Shown here piece after piece: positions 1-13,429 of a stretch of DNA of 64,000 nt. Below the pieces are notes generated by a model. The model worked only from the letters and a program-made list of their open reading frames with translations, made no database searches and was not told the DNA's origin. This stretch comes from Octopus vulgaris (taxonomy: Eukaryota). A program made the position numbers and the translations under genes. The stretch covers positions 65,534,001 through 65,598,000 of the forward strand of contig OX597824.1 in assembly GCA_951406725.2 (NCBI GenBank), in the 5' to 3' direction. Each line of letters begins with the position of its first letter. The stretch's first letter is position 1.

Positions 1-1619
1 TCCATTTATTATTATTATTATTATATGTATGTATGTGTGTGTGTGTGTATGTATGTATTTGTGTGTGTATGTATGTGTGTGTGTGTGTGTGATGACTCTT
101 GCAATAAGTATTCTTTTCAAGAATTTTGCTATTTTGGATAATTGTATTATCTAGAAACACAAATCTCAATATAGCTACATGTAGATTTTTCTCATGCTTG
201 TTACATTACTGTACATTATGTTAAATATCAATTTTATCTACATTGTTGTTGAGCAGCATCATAGATATATTTACTTATAAATCATTTCTAACTGAACCAC
301 AAGGATTCATAGAGCAGGAGCTCTACTCTGGTTTCTCAATTATAAAGCATATGATTGATAATTCTTCCTTTCAATAGGATGATAGACTATCATAGGCTAG
401 GTAGCTTTTTATCCTGTAGGACCAGTTATTGAACTTAGTACTACAGACCAACAAGTTCCAGTTGTTTATTGTGGAGAACTATAGCACACCATGGTACCTG
501 TTTAGATTTAAGTGAACTGAGCCACTGAGAGTTAAGAGTCCTTGCTCTGGATAGAACAATAGTGACAGTGACATGAAACCCAATCATTAATCTCTCAACT
601 GCTTATCTGATACCCTAAATACAGAAGATATTTATTCATATTTTCATAGACAGAGTAAGGAATCACAGATAGTGGAACGGAGTCATTGAGGTGACATCCT
701 AACCAGCTGAAAGGGTCCGTTCATTTTCTGGTACTATATTGCACTGCTAGTAAAGACATCTTTCTCACTGGCTCATTTCACCTGACAGTAAATAGGTTCA
801 ATAGTAGTAGTTCTCAACCCCCTTTTTTTTTAACCCATGACTCTTTTAAAGCTACAGTAATGCTATGAGCCCTACCAATTTAAAAAAAAAATTATTTTTA
901 TCTCCAGAGTCTGCTGGTCAGATTCAGGCAGAATACAATATCAAAAATCAAGGATTGCTTTTGTTTTCAGGTTTCAATATAAAGTTATTTTAATTTTGTT
1001 CTAACTAAATTATCTCTAATGTTACCTCTTATAAGGGGACTTCCTCAGGTTGAAAAAAAAAAAACTATTGTATAGGGGTGGTGGTGTGTGACTTAGTAGT
1101 TAGGGGGTTGCACTCATGATTGTAAGAGTATGGTTTTTGATTCTTGTACCAGACACTTCATTTCATGTTCCTCCAGTTCACTCAGCTGGTGTAAGTAATC
1201 CTGCAATGGACTAGCATCCTGTCTAGAGGGAGAATATATATACCACAGAATCTGGGAAACTGGCCCTATGACTCGGGAAGGTTCTTTGATCTTTTGATTG
1301 TATAGGATCATATTGATCACAACTATAATCATTAGGTCCACTGTACTGGTGAGTTTTTGTTAGCTTGCAGTGCTGGACACTTTAAGTTCTCCAATAGGAG
1401 GGGAAAGTGGCTACCACCAGTAAAATTATTACCCGAGACACCAAATATCATACTTCAATGAATCCTTTCAGAGTTATGAATATGAACAATTGATAAAACA
1501 AAAATAGAAAAATCGTCTCCCCTCCTCTTTTGGCCCATAAATGTTTACGATTTTCTAATTTCTACATTTTTTATTGCTAACCATTTAAAATTTCAAAGAC
1601 TGATATTTTAAAAGTTCCT

Positions 1620-1660
<41 letters not shown>

Positions 1661-4241
1661 GTGCGTGCATTTACACACACACACTCACCGCTTTAAATAA
1701 TTGTTTTTTTTCTGTAATTCACATTTACTCATGCTTCCTTATCATGAAATTGTTTGGAAAATTTTCAAGAATCTCTATTGAAACAAAGAAAAGGATTACA
1801 AAAGGATTACACTTCAGCAGTTTCAACAACTATGCACCTATTACTGTTATCACCACCACCACTGTCATCCTCATCAGCAGCAACACTTTCAACGTGATTG
1901 GCATGAAGTAGATTTTTAGCATTTTAGACATGTTGAAAATTAAAAAATTGAATACATTCCAGTTCATTAAATCTTGTGACATGTGACATAACCCTTTCCT
2001 TCCCCATTCCAATTCACTCACGATACTCTTTGTGTCTCTTCACCTATTTCTGGTTTGCTTCTGTCAATTGCTATGTTTACAATATTGTCTTAAAATGAGA
2101 GTTGTGTAAAAACAAAATAATATAATATAAATATGATTTTGAACAAAAAAGAATAAATAAATTGATAAATTACATTTTCAAAAAAGAAATGAAAAAAGAA
2201 GTACTGAAGTTTTGGCGTTCCGTTGTTATTTTGCATGTATTTGTTGTAGCTTTTGTTTTTTTACTCCTGTGTTTGTATTTGAGAAAGAAATCAAAATATG
2301 GACGCAAAAGGATTGGTTCCACATCCCGTTTTATCTCAGAAGTTTATAAGTTTTCTTTTTTATTTTCTTCTCTCTCCTAAACTGTAACTTTCTACTAATT
2401 AGCACCAACCATCCTGAAGCAGCAGATACTGAAGTGTTCATATTTAAATTAAAATGTTGATAAAAAATCTCATTGCGATATGAATAATGTTATAAAATTT
2501 CAATTGGTCAACACCAATGGTATATATATCAATGTATAAAGTTATAGACATTTTATTAAAACTTTCCAAAATTTTGATTATATTAAGAAATATTTAAGTA
2601 AACTGAATGGAAATACTATAAAAGATTAAGTTAATTGACACTTCTCATTTGCAGTGTCAAGAAAAGAAGTGTTCTTTTCATCTATGAAAATATAGGAATT
2701 GTCTGAAAGATAGTATACCATAGGACATTGGGAGTTTTGTATGTACTTAATGAAGTGTATGTAGTTAAAAAAAATTAAAGTTTACTACAATTGGCACTGT
2801 CATTCCACAAAAGAATGGATCTTTGTCTTTTGTATTTTTTATGATATATTCATGTCAGTAACATCCATTTAGGTTTTCTTTTAGCTGCAGATTTATTTTA
2901 TGTTTTTCTATAATGACCTATCATCTATTGAATGTTAGCATTACCATATGAGCCCAGCTGGGTTTTTTTCATTCTACATGCTTTTTAAGAGCCATTCTCT
3001 AATTATCTCTCCAAATCAAAAGCAAACAGCATATACTACCTTTTATTTTGAGAATCATAATGTGGCATTCTCTTCCCTCTCATATACTTGTGGATTACAA
3101 GCTGTCGGCTCTTCAAGCTCTTTCTCAGTACCCTTCTATCAAGAAAGCTTCCTCTCACCTAACCATGAGTATTTCTCTTTTTTCTCATTTAAGAACTCAT
3201 CTGATGTATCAGATGTTTTGATTGATTAATGGTATCAGCTAACCCCATAATGAAAGTTGTTGACCTTCTACCTAAATTAGAAACAATTATTATTAGAACA
3301 TTGATTATATCATGTATGATAGATGACCTTCTAGATTGTTTATGGCATGTAGTCATGAGCTGACTAATTTTTATTATGCTACGAGAATTGATAAAAATAT
3401 ATTCCATCACTTTACTGGGGATAGAACATACCATAATAAACAACATGTAGATTTTTTTCCTGAAGAAAAACAGTTTTAATTCTTAGTTAATTCATTAAAG
3501 GAAATGCATTAATACTCCAACTTTCCTATAGAAAGAAAAATATATCCTTATCTTTTATCTTTCACTTGTTTCAATCATTAAACTGCAGTCATGCTAGGGC
3601 ACCGCCTGTTATCTAATATAACTATTCCTCATAATACCCAGTGGGAGAAATGTTATTTACTTTTGTTGGTACCATTATTCTAATGCTGAAGCTAATAAAT
3701 TTCCTCAAGACATTCTTTTATAAGTTCATTTGAAATCGGAAAGAAAATACTCATGGTCTTTTTTAAGTTCACTTCAAATAGGGTGAAGATATAACTTGAT
3801 GAGATTTAACTCAGTTAGTTGAAGAGAAAATACACTTTAAGTTCTAGAGAAATGCATGTGTAGAGAAAGTGGATGGAAAGGTGATAAAACTTACCTGAAG
3901 GCTTAGAGAAGAAAAGAAATCATCTTAAATTCAAATTTCACATTTTTGTTATTGCTTGTTTTTTGTTGTTGTTGTTGTTGTTGTTGTTATTATTATTCTA
4001 TTCTGGTATTATTCTTTTCCAGATTAAAAAAAAATCCTTTGCTTATTTTATTTTTTTATTTTAGCCTTTTTTTTTTAAAAAAAAGCAGTATCAGTTATCT
4101 AATTTAAACACCAAACACCACTGAGAAAAGCCTGCTTTATGTCTCCTTTTATTTTCTATGTTGTATTCTTTCTTTTGCATGTTTGTTTAATCATTTGTTT
4201 ATGTAATTATTGTGAATGTCTTTGGTGTTTATTGTTCTTAG

Positions 4242-4476
4242 GAAGCCGCGACTACATTTCAAATGAGTACCGGACAACAGGTCCAATGGTTACTTTCAAA
4301 GATACTCCCTCAACAGAACCTTCCACTTTCAGAGATAGACTCCAAAATCCTCCAAGGAGTATACTGAGTTCTCCTCGAAAACCATCCAACCTGACATCAC
4401 CTGATGAACTTCAGTTCAAAGATAGATCCAAAATCCAAATTATTGCACACAATGGAAATCTCTCATCAGATTCTGA
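4242..4476 (+). CDS. Penultimate coding exon of an unidentified gene (S/P/T-rich tail: SRDYISNEYRTTGPMVTFKDTPSTEP...HNGNLSSDS)
   Basis: Pyrimidine-rich acceptor ...ttattgttcttag at 4241, open frame throughout, donor GA|GTAAGT at 4477 (phase 2). Upstream exons not identified. Confidence 0.7.
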
Positions 4477-4951
4477 GTAAGTTCTAATCCAACACACCGT
4501 TCTGTGAATATTGGGTGCACTCGCAATTATGCACAAATAATATCCAAGCGGATATCCCTTGCTTATCCCTTACCTGGTTTGTTAACTGACACAGCTTACA
4601 ACACTGCTTCTATAGAAACTAAATATGAACTTAATGGATCAGTAATGTTTTCTACACTAACTTTACATAGTTTCTCAATACAGTAATTGCCATAAAGAGT
4701 TACCTGCCCATACTAACAGCTGCTGTTACCTCTAATGTTTGCTTAAAACTAATTTGTCTGCCAAAAATCAAAAGAATTTTCATCAAACCTTATTTTCCCT
4801 CCTTTTGAGAAAATATGGTAATTATGCTGTATAATTGATTACCTTCAGATTCTATAGCTTAGATTTTGGGTGTTTATTAGTCATCACAAAAAGCATATAT
4901 ATCTTCTTTAATTTGTATGCACACTTATATACATGCATATAGATCCACATG

Positions 4952-4988
<37 letters not shown>

Positions 4989-6674
4989 CCTGTCTTATTC
5001 ACAGAATATAAGTTTGTGCTGCAAGAAAAGATGAGTTTGGACATAACAAACAGAGCTATTCTTTGTCAAGAGAATTCACAACTTACCATGGCATGTATAC
5101 TGATTTTATTATAACTGTGTTTGCTGACACAAGCCTTCATCAGTTTTCTCAGATTCTTTCATCACCATCATACACACACATACACACACAGTTAAGTCTA
5201 ACTAATACCATCACTTACATCAGTTGATATAAGTGCATAACATAACATATGCACACACAAAATATAGTTCACTCTCAGACACACATAACTGTATAAAACA
5301 TAAAAGCAAGTCATTGGATATCCCTAAGACACTTATGAAAAATTGCCAACAATGGTGATCTTTTTTCCAAGAAAGTGTCACCTCCATTATAAAGATGATC
5401 TGTAAGATGTTGGCAGATTTCAAACAACAATTTTGTTTCTGCAATTCTGTGAGTTGCTTTGAAACCCATCTGGCAAAAACTGAAAAGTCTGTTGTGAATG
5501 ACGTAAAAGGCAAATACAAAAGAGATACATGCACTTAATGTAAAGAAGTTGCTGGTTAATAGTTTCTTTTGACAAAATACAAGTCCAGTTTACATAAGTG
5601 AATGAGTATAATTACTTTGAATCATTCCCAAAATATGATACATATTTACTTTAGCAAAACAATTTTCATGTCCCTGAAACCTCTGCCCCAAGTCATTCAG
5701 TTATTATATCAACTTAGACACCCTATTGCAGTCAATCATCAGGGACGCTAAATGTCCAGGTTTAGTTAAATTAAACTAATAGCAACAATACTACAACTAT
5801 TAGTTTAACATATTCAGGATTCAGAGACAATTCATGATGATTAGAGATCACAGTGATTGAAACATAGTTTTTTTAGTTTATCTTTAAAGCCATTTTGGCT
5901 AAGACCTTGCTGGAGTGCTGCTTTCATAGTGTAGTTGTAGATACTAAATAAACTTACCATACTTAAAGATGAGGTTAATAGTTGCAACAATTACAATAGT
6001 ATCAATAACGTTAGTAGTCTCAAAGCGTTGTTTTCATAACAGCTGGAACAGAAATAAAATAAACCAGACTCCTGGTTAGGAAATTAGATTGTAAAAAGGA
6101 AAAGTTAAAACTGATGTAGGATATTGATGAATTAATTGAAAAAGTTTGCATCCAATCCAATTAATGTCCCATTTAATCAGTGTCGAAATGAGAAAAAATA
6201 ATTAAGTCCCGTAAGGGTGAATTTTATCTTTGAAGTTAAAAGTAAGAAAACAGTTGCGTCCAGCTAACTTCTGCTCTGATCTTCCACTTATTTTTTCCAA
6301 GCTGCCAGTGTATTTATATTCATAACCATCCCATCTTTTTTCAGTTGTATTATGTCTAGGACTATTATATCTAATGAATCTTTAGATAATGTGCTCCTAT
6401 ATATACTATGTCAGAAAAAAGATGGGCGTGGTCATGGTATGCTTGATCAAGATTAGGCCAATAAAAGCCATTGGCACAGTCTTTTCCAAATCAAATCAAT
6501 TTTTGAAAAAACTACTTCTTTAGGCTCACAGCACTATATCATTACAGCCATTCTGATTGTAAATCTTGCTTGATAACAAGTTAACCCTTTAACATATCAC
6601 ATCTGCTACTAATATTTTATAGTAGTTACTACTTCATTTGATAATTATAGCAAGGATTGTTCTATCAAAGAGCT

Positions 6675-7305
6675 ACGAGGTGATATTAAAAGGTTCCTGG
6701 ACTGGTTATGTTTTATAAAACATAACTTATTTACCCAAGTTTTAACATCATCTCCTTCAAAATAATCACCTCGCGCAGCAACACACTGGTCCTAGCATTC
6801 TTACCATTTTTGGAATCCAGCCTGGAAGTCATTTGCCACAAACAAGCTGAGGACCTTCTGCAATTTGCTCTGGATCTCGGCACTGGTGTTAAAATGGCGA
6901 CCTTTGAGCTGCATTTTCATCTTAGAGAAGAGATGGAAGTCCACAGGTGTTAAATATGGTGAATAGGGCAGGTGCAGAAGTGATATCATGCTGTTTTTAG
7001 TGAGAAACTTATGAGTGAGGAAAACTTGGTGAAGGATCAAATTCTTCATGCCCCACAGATCTGGTCACTTTCGCTGGATGTCTTATCACAAATGCTTTAA
7101 AACATTGCAGTAGAATTCTTGATTGATGGTCTGGCCTTGGGGGAAGAATTCTCAATGCATAATACCACATTTTTGGGTTGATACTCATGGCAGGTCTTCT
7201 AGATTGCTCATTGTCTTGGCTCTTTGTTCCTGTCCACAACAAAATCGCAGACTACAGCATACAGGTCATCACAAAAACATATTTCACAACTTGTGAAGTA
7301 AAAAT
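6675..7305 (-). mobile_element. Decayed, internally deleted mariner transposon
   Basis: LPYSPYLTPVDFHLFSKMKMQLKGRHF (YSPDLAP-like motif); terminus TACGAGGTGATATTAAAAGGTTCC. Same family as 28705-29812. Confidence 0.8.
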
Positions 7306-7959
7306 TAAGATGTTATTTCAGCCCCTTTGAATATGAGCTAGCTCAAAGGTGAAAAGCTAACAGAATCATTAGCCAAGTAAAAAAATGCTTAGTGGCATTT
7401 TGTCTATGTTCTGAATTCAAATTCCACCAAGGTTGACTTTGCCTTTCATCCTTTTGGGGATCAATAAAATAAGTATCAGTCATGCACTAGGGTTAATATA
7501 ATTGCATTTCCTCTTCTCTTAAATTGCTGGCCATGTGCCAAAATTTGAAATCAGTATTAACTAGCTTGAGATTACATCTAGTTCTATGATACAAAACTTA
7601 TCAGTATGAAGAGTCCTTATTTAAATTTTATCTAAAAACCTTTTTGTTCAGCTGTGTTCCAAACATAAGTCTGATGAAAACAAAGTTATTTTATCATTCT
7701 TTTTATATTCTTCCAAATTAATAATTATTTTCAAAATGAATTACAGCACATAGGTAGTGTAGTTCGTTAGTATTATGGCAAAGAAAGTTTTTGCTCTATT
7801 GAGCCAAAACTTTTTGTTGTTGGTAGTTCTACTGGAATAAATGGATTCACTTCTACAGCAACATTGGATCAGATTCTCAAGGTTTTGTTGCACAAAGTTT
7901 GCTATTTGTAAAGTCATCCTAAAGATTATTATATTATTACCATGCAGTGTAGAAAAGTA

Positions 7960-7960
7960 C

Positions 7961-7992
<32 letters not shown>

Positions 7993-8116
7993 TACATATA
8001 TATATACACACACACACATGCATATATATGTATACACACACACATACATGTGTGTATATATATGTATATATATATGTATGTATATATGTATGTATATATA
8101 TATATACACACACACA
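7960..8116. repeat. Compound TA/CA/TG microsatellite (others at 25-91, 1622-1685, 4950-4985, 14690-14872, 36838-36879, 42347-42375, 43027-43057, 48170-48245, 58211-58258)
   Basis: Directly visible di-, tri- and tetranucleotide runs. Confidence 0.95.
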
Positions 8117-9149
8117 GTACCTTGCACCACATTATTGTGATGCTATCACTAGTATATGTGGTATATATTGCAACAGTTAGATGTTATTACTATCATACAT
8201 TGCATTGTAGTAATGTAATTCCACTGTTATGTACCACAACATTTTGATTTTGTGACTGCTATGCAAATACACTAGCATGATTTGATCATTGTTATGCTTA
8301 TGTCACTACATCCCCTGAGAAAATTGACATGAGATTATTTCTTTATTTAGGGTTTAACAAAGGACAATCAGTGCAACAATTAAATGGTAAGAATGATGCA
8401 CACACAATGCAGACATGTTTATGTGCTTGCACTTATCTGACACAGTTGCTACTAATTTACAGATATATTATTTCACTGCTTCCTCTCATACTTTGTTTCA
8501 TTAATCTTTTCAACAGTCTGTAACCACTTACCTTTTTATTCTCTTGTCCCCCTCACTTCCTCTTTTCTAATTTCTTTATCTCTATTCATCTTTTCTCTCT
8601 TCTGTTTCTTACAGTTTTCTTTCCTTTTGGGTTCCCATAGAGAATATTTAAAGAATTTGATGAGGATAAGAATATGCCATTTTAAAAATTATTACCTCAA
8701 TCTTGTCCTGTTCAATAGCTTTGTTGGATTTTAGCAATGTAGTTGCTACACATTATAGCTGTATCCAAATAGAAAATATATCTGAAAAAGACTTACATAA
8801 AAATTGGTGTAATGACAGAGGTGTGTTTCAGGTCTCACTATATTAATGAAGCCTTGTGTTATGTATAGATCTCGGAGTAGAGAAAAACTCAAGTCATAAG
8901 AACCATAGGCCATGTGCAGGGTTGGGGGATAAGTGGAGCCTTCATGTCATTCTGGTGGCTATTATCCTGTATGTTATACATGTACTTTTAGCTACCATAA
9001 CTATATCTCCTTATTTGATTTATTGTTTCCTTCATTTTTACTTTTTTCTAACAAGTTGTAGTGTACCTGAGCACTATGTAGAAAGCGCTCATTATCATAT
9101 TATTATTATTCAACCATAAGCTTTCAGTGAATAAAAGATAAATGTTGGA

Positions 9150-11100
9150 GAAGGTTAGGATTAGTAGCAAGGTATTAAGACCTTTTAAAAGCAATGGAGA
9201 TGTGCACCAGTGGCTGAAGAAAGTGAAATTAGTCACAAAACTATAGAGAATAGCAGATACTGCAAAATTTATGTTATTATATCTGGTAGGCAGATGCATT
9301 GGCATTGTCTGGAGATGCATGATTTCAACCAAGTAAAAATCACAGTGAAAGATACTTTTACATATGGGGCATTTATGGCCTACTTGCAAGCTATGAAAAG
9401 TGAAATGGACCAGATCCAAGTTACCCTTCCTAGCTTGTTATGCCAGACAGAGTAGTTAAACTCAATTTCATGACTGGCTTTTCTGATCTGCAATGGTCAG
9501 ACATTGAAACCATGGTCATAAAAGACTTAGTGAGTGTCAGCATAGTATAAGACCTAAGATCTTGTAGCAGTAGCCATGATACAACTGGATGTACTATACT
9601 TAGCATTGAGGAAGGGAGAGGGGAAGGAAGAAGCTGCAAACATCCAAGGGGCTGTACTTTAGTTGTCAGAGGGGAGGCCACATAGGGACATGGATTGTAA
9701 AAAGCCTAAACCTGAATTAATTGATTTCTACAGATGTAACTTTACTGGTCGACAGATCATATACCAAAGCCAAAGAAATGTTTGATAGAGGGCTGCTCCA
9801 CTGGTAGCTACTCTTTCAACTAAATAGAAGTGCCCACAATAGAAGTTCTTATAGGAGAAGGGGTAGAGAGCACCCAATGATACAATTTGCACAACCATTT
9901 TAATGACTCCAAAGTTAATGGATAGCTGGAGTGGGAGAAGCAGCATAAAAACTATTCAATAGGAAATGGGTCAAGTGCAGAGGTACCAATACTGGAGATT
10001 TGATAGTATGTGGAACATAAACGAATGTTCAGCTTATTGTGATTAGCTACATTATTGATGGTATCAATGGGATGATGTATAGGCATGTGATTAGATGACT
10101 GGGAGGTATTATGATCAGTGAGGCACAGGTATGGCTGTGTGGTTAAGAAGTTTGCTTCCCAACCACATGATATTGGGTTCAGTCCCACTGTGGGAGAGAT
10201 GATGAAAGATTGTGAAAAGGATGAGGAAAGAGGACAGACTGAAAGAGTGCTGGTGTCTGTCCAAGTTAGAGAAAAGAGTCATATGATGTGATATTAGTAA
10301 TATAGTAATGGGGGTTGTTTTGGTTGAAGTTGAAGATGCAACTTGACTGAGGAAGAATTATGATTGCAACCATAATAATGGGGCTGAAGTTGGGCTTTGA
10401 TTTGGCATGAGGCAGTGGTAGGATCACTGGATATTAAAATCTAACTGATTCAGCTATTGTGCTTGGGTAGGTGGATTCAGCAATTAGTAATGCAAAGAAA
10501 ACTGAAAGAAAAGAGGCTGGTTGCAGAGATGATTATTAAGTAACATCTGAAAGTCCTGTGAGTTAATTACTGAATTCGATCTGAAGCTGCATGTAGTTCT
10601 TATATCTTCAGAGAATAAGGTGAGTGTTTTTGTCAGGATTAGGAAAACCTGGTTGAGAGTACTGGAGGATTGAGAGAGATTAGTAACCATATTGTGCTGT
10701 TTGTAAAATTGCACTGCATGCACCATAGTGGGATGGATAGAACTGCATTTTTGGCTGGGAAAAGTTAACCCTGATATCACTAGTGAGAGTATTCAGAAGG
10801 TGGTTTAGAGTTATGAGAAGTGTCAGTCAATTTACCCTACACCGAGTGTACACTAGGTGAGTTTGGTTGAAGTAGAAAACAACTAAAAGTTGCAGTTTAT
10901 GTGACTTATTGGTTAGGGTTGGATCTTTCCCTGATTGATTGTGGATCTGGAAAAGTGACTCTATAGAGGGAGTTTAGTGAGTACTGAAAGATTTATTTTT
11001 GGAGAGGTGGATGAGGTGTTGATGAAAAGCATTGCTTCATTTTATTCAGAATCACTGAAGGAGGTGTTGGATAAGTGCTGCTTATAGACTAAACAGGAAT
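9150..11100 (-). mobile_element. Highly decayed LINE (probably CR1/L2 clade), interrupted by a SINE near 10125-10195
   Basis: Purine-skewed block with fragmentary RT and C-terminal-like remnants on the - strand. Boundaries approximate. Confidence 0.35.
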
Positions 11101-11589
11101 GAGGTTTAGATGAAGCCTCTCCCCATTATTTACATTATACACCTAGAACAATATTTGGGTTAATGGAATTCTGCATCATATTTTGGATGCCAAATGACTA
11201 CTTTGACCAACTTTGTGCAGACACAGAGTTTTGTTCTGCTGATCTACCAAACATAATATGGGACATGATAGGTAGCAAGTCAAGCAAGCTTGATCAGATG
11301 ATAGGCATTTCACCCATGGCCATCCCATCTTTTTCCCAGACATAGCACATTAAGGCTACATTATTCAATCTGTCTTCTTCTTCTAATCATTATTTGCACT
11401 TGACCTTTCTTATATTTTTTTTGGTATTTCATTTCTAGAGGACTTTACTAAACATGTTCCTTTGCAATCACAGCCAATACTTTGTACGCATCGCCAGAGT
11501 TTGATTGCAAAGCAAGACTGCAGATCTTAACATACATCTGCTTTTCAAATTATTATTATTATTATTGAAGACGTTGCACAGTATCAAAT

Positions 11590-12123
11590 ATCTTGTTGGT
11601 CAGAAAACCTGGCACCCACCGAGCAGAAACGTTTGTCATGCCAAGTTCATTATGCAGAATATTCTCAACTCTCTCACAGGATTAGCATTGCCTGTTTGAT
11701 TTAAAGTCAATCACTTGTCATCCATCACCATGTAGTGAACACAATCAATGTTTTCCTTGGCAGTGGCAGACATTCAAATGTTGGGTCTTCTTCATGGCTC
11801 TCTCTTATCCTCCTAAATTCAGCTGCCTACTTTTGCACTGTTGATAAAGCTGGAGCATCATCCCCTTATGTAGCAACCATATCAGCATGAATTTCCTTGG
11901 AGGCTAAACCATTTTCCTGCAGGTACTTGATACACCATGATGCCAAATTTTGTCCAGTTTCAAGAGCTTTTGAAGTCTTCATTGATTAGTCAGATGTCAA
12001 TTTACTCAGAAAGAAACAATTCAGTTATAAATAAGAAGAAATGAAGGTAGTGCATACAAGATTTCATGGCTCTAGCATTATTCCCTCATTGTCAGCCTAT
12101 GAACTTTGCAGCCCACCCTTGTA
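11590..12123 (-). mobile_element. Mariner 5' fragment (HTH region)
   Basis: - strand reads IKYLQENGLASKEIHADMVAT*GDDAPALSTVQK*AAEFRR; terminus TACAAGGGTGGGCTGCAAAGTTC. Confidence 0.75.
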
Positions 12124-12389
12124 TATGTCTCAGGTCAATACCCTTCAGCCTCTTATGTAGCATTCTGAGTCCAAATTACACACTGAGATCATCTTTGCTT
12201 TTCATCCCCCAGGGATTGATAAAATATAGAACCAGTCCAATGCTTATTGACCCTTTTGATACCAACCTGCCTCTGGTTCTATCATGCCAACTCATCAAAA
12301 CTTTTGACCTTGTGTCTATATTAGAAGCAGTTGAGTGCTGGTTAAATGCCTAAGAATAATTAGTTATGTTTCTGCCAGCTCACTGTCAG

Positions 12390-12775
12390 TGAGCTAGATA
12401 AAGCATAAGAACATTAGAAAAACTGCTTATAGTGTTTAGTTATAACTCTACATTCTGAGTTCAAATCTTGCAGTGTCCCACTTTGCTTTCCATTCTTCTG
12501 GAGCCAATATAAGGTATCAATCAAGTACTGGGGTCATTTTAATATTCTTATAATGTAAGGTAGTGAGTTGGCTGAATTGTTACTGCGCTGAAGAATGCTT
12601 AGCAGCATTTCTTCTAACTTATGTTCTGAGTTCAAATGTCACTGCGGTTAACTTTGCCTTTCAGTCCTTTCAAGGTGACTAAAATAAGTACCAGTTGAAC
12701 ATTGGAGTTGAAGTAACCAATTTACCTCCTACCTCAAAATTGCTGGCTTTGTACCAAAATTTGAGAGCAATATTC
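12390..12775 (+). mobile_element. Two tandem tRNA-type SINE copies (family also near 7345-7560, 16280-16480, 18640-18810, 23680-23835, 30430-30600, 57860-58210)
   Basis: Recurrent core TTCTGAGTTCAAATTCC...GACTTTGCCTTTCATCC...AAGTACCAG with a B-box-like GAGTTCAAAT. Confidence 0.75.
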
Positions 12776-12873
12776 TTATAAGGTATCCAGAATGTGGATC
12801 AAATTATAACATGATATGTATAACAACCTCCCACATCAATTTCAGATTGTGTGTCAATGTAAGAAATCATTAT

Positions 12874-13298
12874 TTAACCCATTTGCTACTTACTTCTGTT
12901 GGAATATAAATGTCTTTCAATTTATTTTGAAAATAATGAAAAATTTAGTAAAATAACTTTGTCCTTAAGCTGGTACTTGGAACACAAATTAACCATTTCG
13001 ATACCAAATCCCCTTGTGATTTCATAATTCTATGATACAAACTTTGTTTTAAAGTGATCTAAATTAAAACCTTCATCAAAATTTATGTTATTCCAAACAC
13101 CAGTCTAAAAAGACAAAATTATTTTATTAGATTCTTCATTATTTTAAGAATTGTAGCAAAGACATGTATTTCAACATAAATATGGTAACAAAAGGGTTGA
13201 TATTTTGATGGGGGGTTTTAATGTAAAGCACTCTAAAATGTGAAGTTAGTATTTTAGAATTAGAGATGGTCTTGAAAAGGTGGTATCAAAAAGGTTAA
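12874..13298. mobile_element. piggyBac-like (TTAA) MITE with a second copy nested in inverse orientation
   Basis: TTAACCC...AAGGTTAA ends; inner inverted copy about 12989-13200 begins at an internal TTAA. Confidence 0.7.
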
Positions 13299-13404
13299 AG
13301 TTAATGTTAAAGGTCTTCTAGACACTGTCCAACTTAAGTTTTGTGTTTATTGTTTCTGAGTGAGAAATTTTTGTATTATTTGTTTTGGTTATTTCATATT
13401 TCAG

Positions 13405-13429
13405 GTGCAGCAACAGTACCACTGTTTAG
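13405..13429 (+). CDS. Terminal coding exon of the same gene: (E)CSNSTTV*
   Basis: Strong acceptor ...atttcatatttcag at 13404. Phase 2 matches the 4477 donor (GA|G = Glu). Followed by about 1.9 kb of AT-rich, UTR-like sequence with no obvious TE. Confidence 0.6.

Noticed and set aside
650-760. Possible exon after the acceptor-like ttttcatag (e.g. QSKESQIVERSH* or DSGTESLR)
   Set aside because: All three frames stop early from the obvious acceptor, and no phase-consistent link to exon 4242 could be established.
2162-2460. ORF with a hydrophobic stretch followed by RKKSKYGRKR (resembles a TM helix plus stop-transfer signal), and an acceptor-like site at 2402
   Set aside because: The hydrophobicity comes from T-rich low-complexity DNA and the splice donors are weak. 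It cannot be supported without RNA data.
7841-8247. YIYI/CVCV/THTH-rich ORFs here and at 1621, 4917, 14714, 40975, 48063 and 49699
   Set aside because: They are translations of microsatellites.
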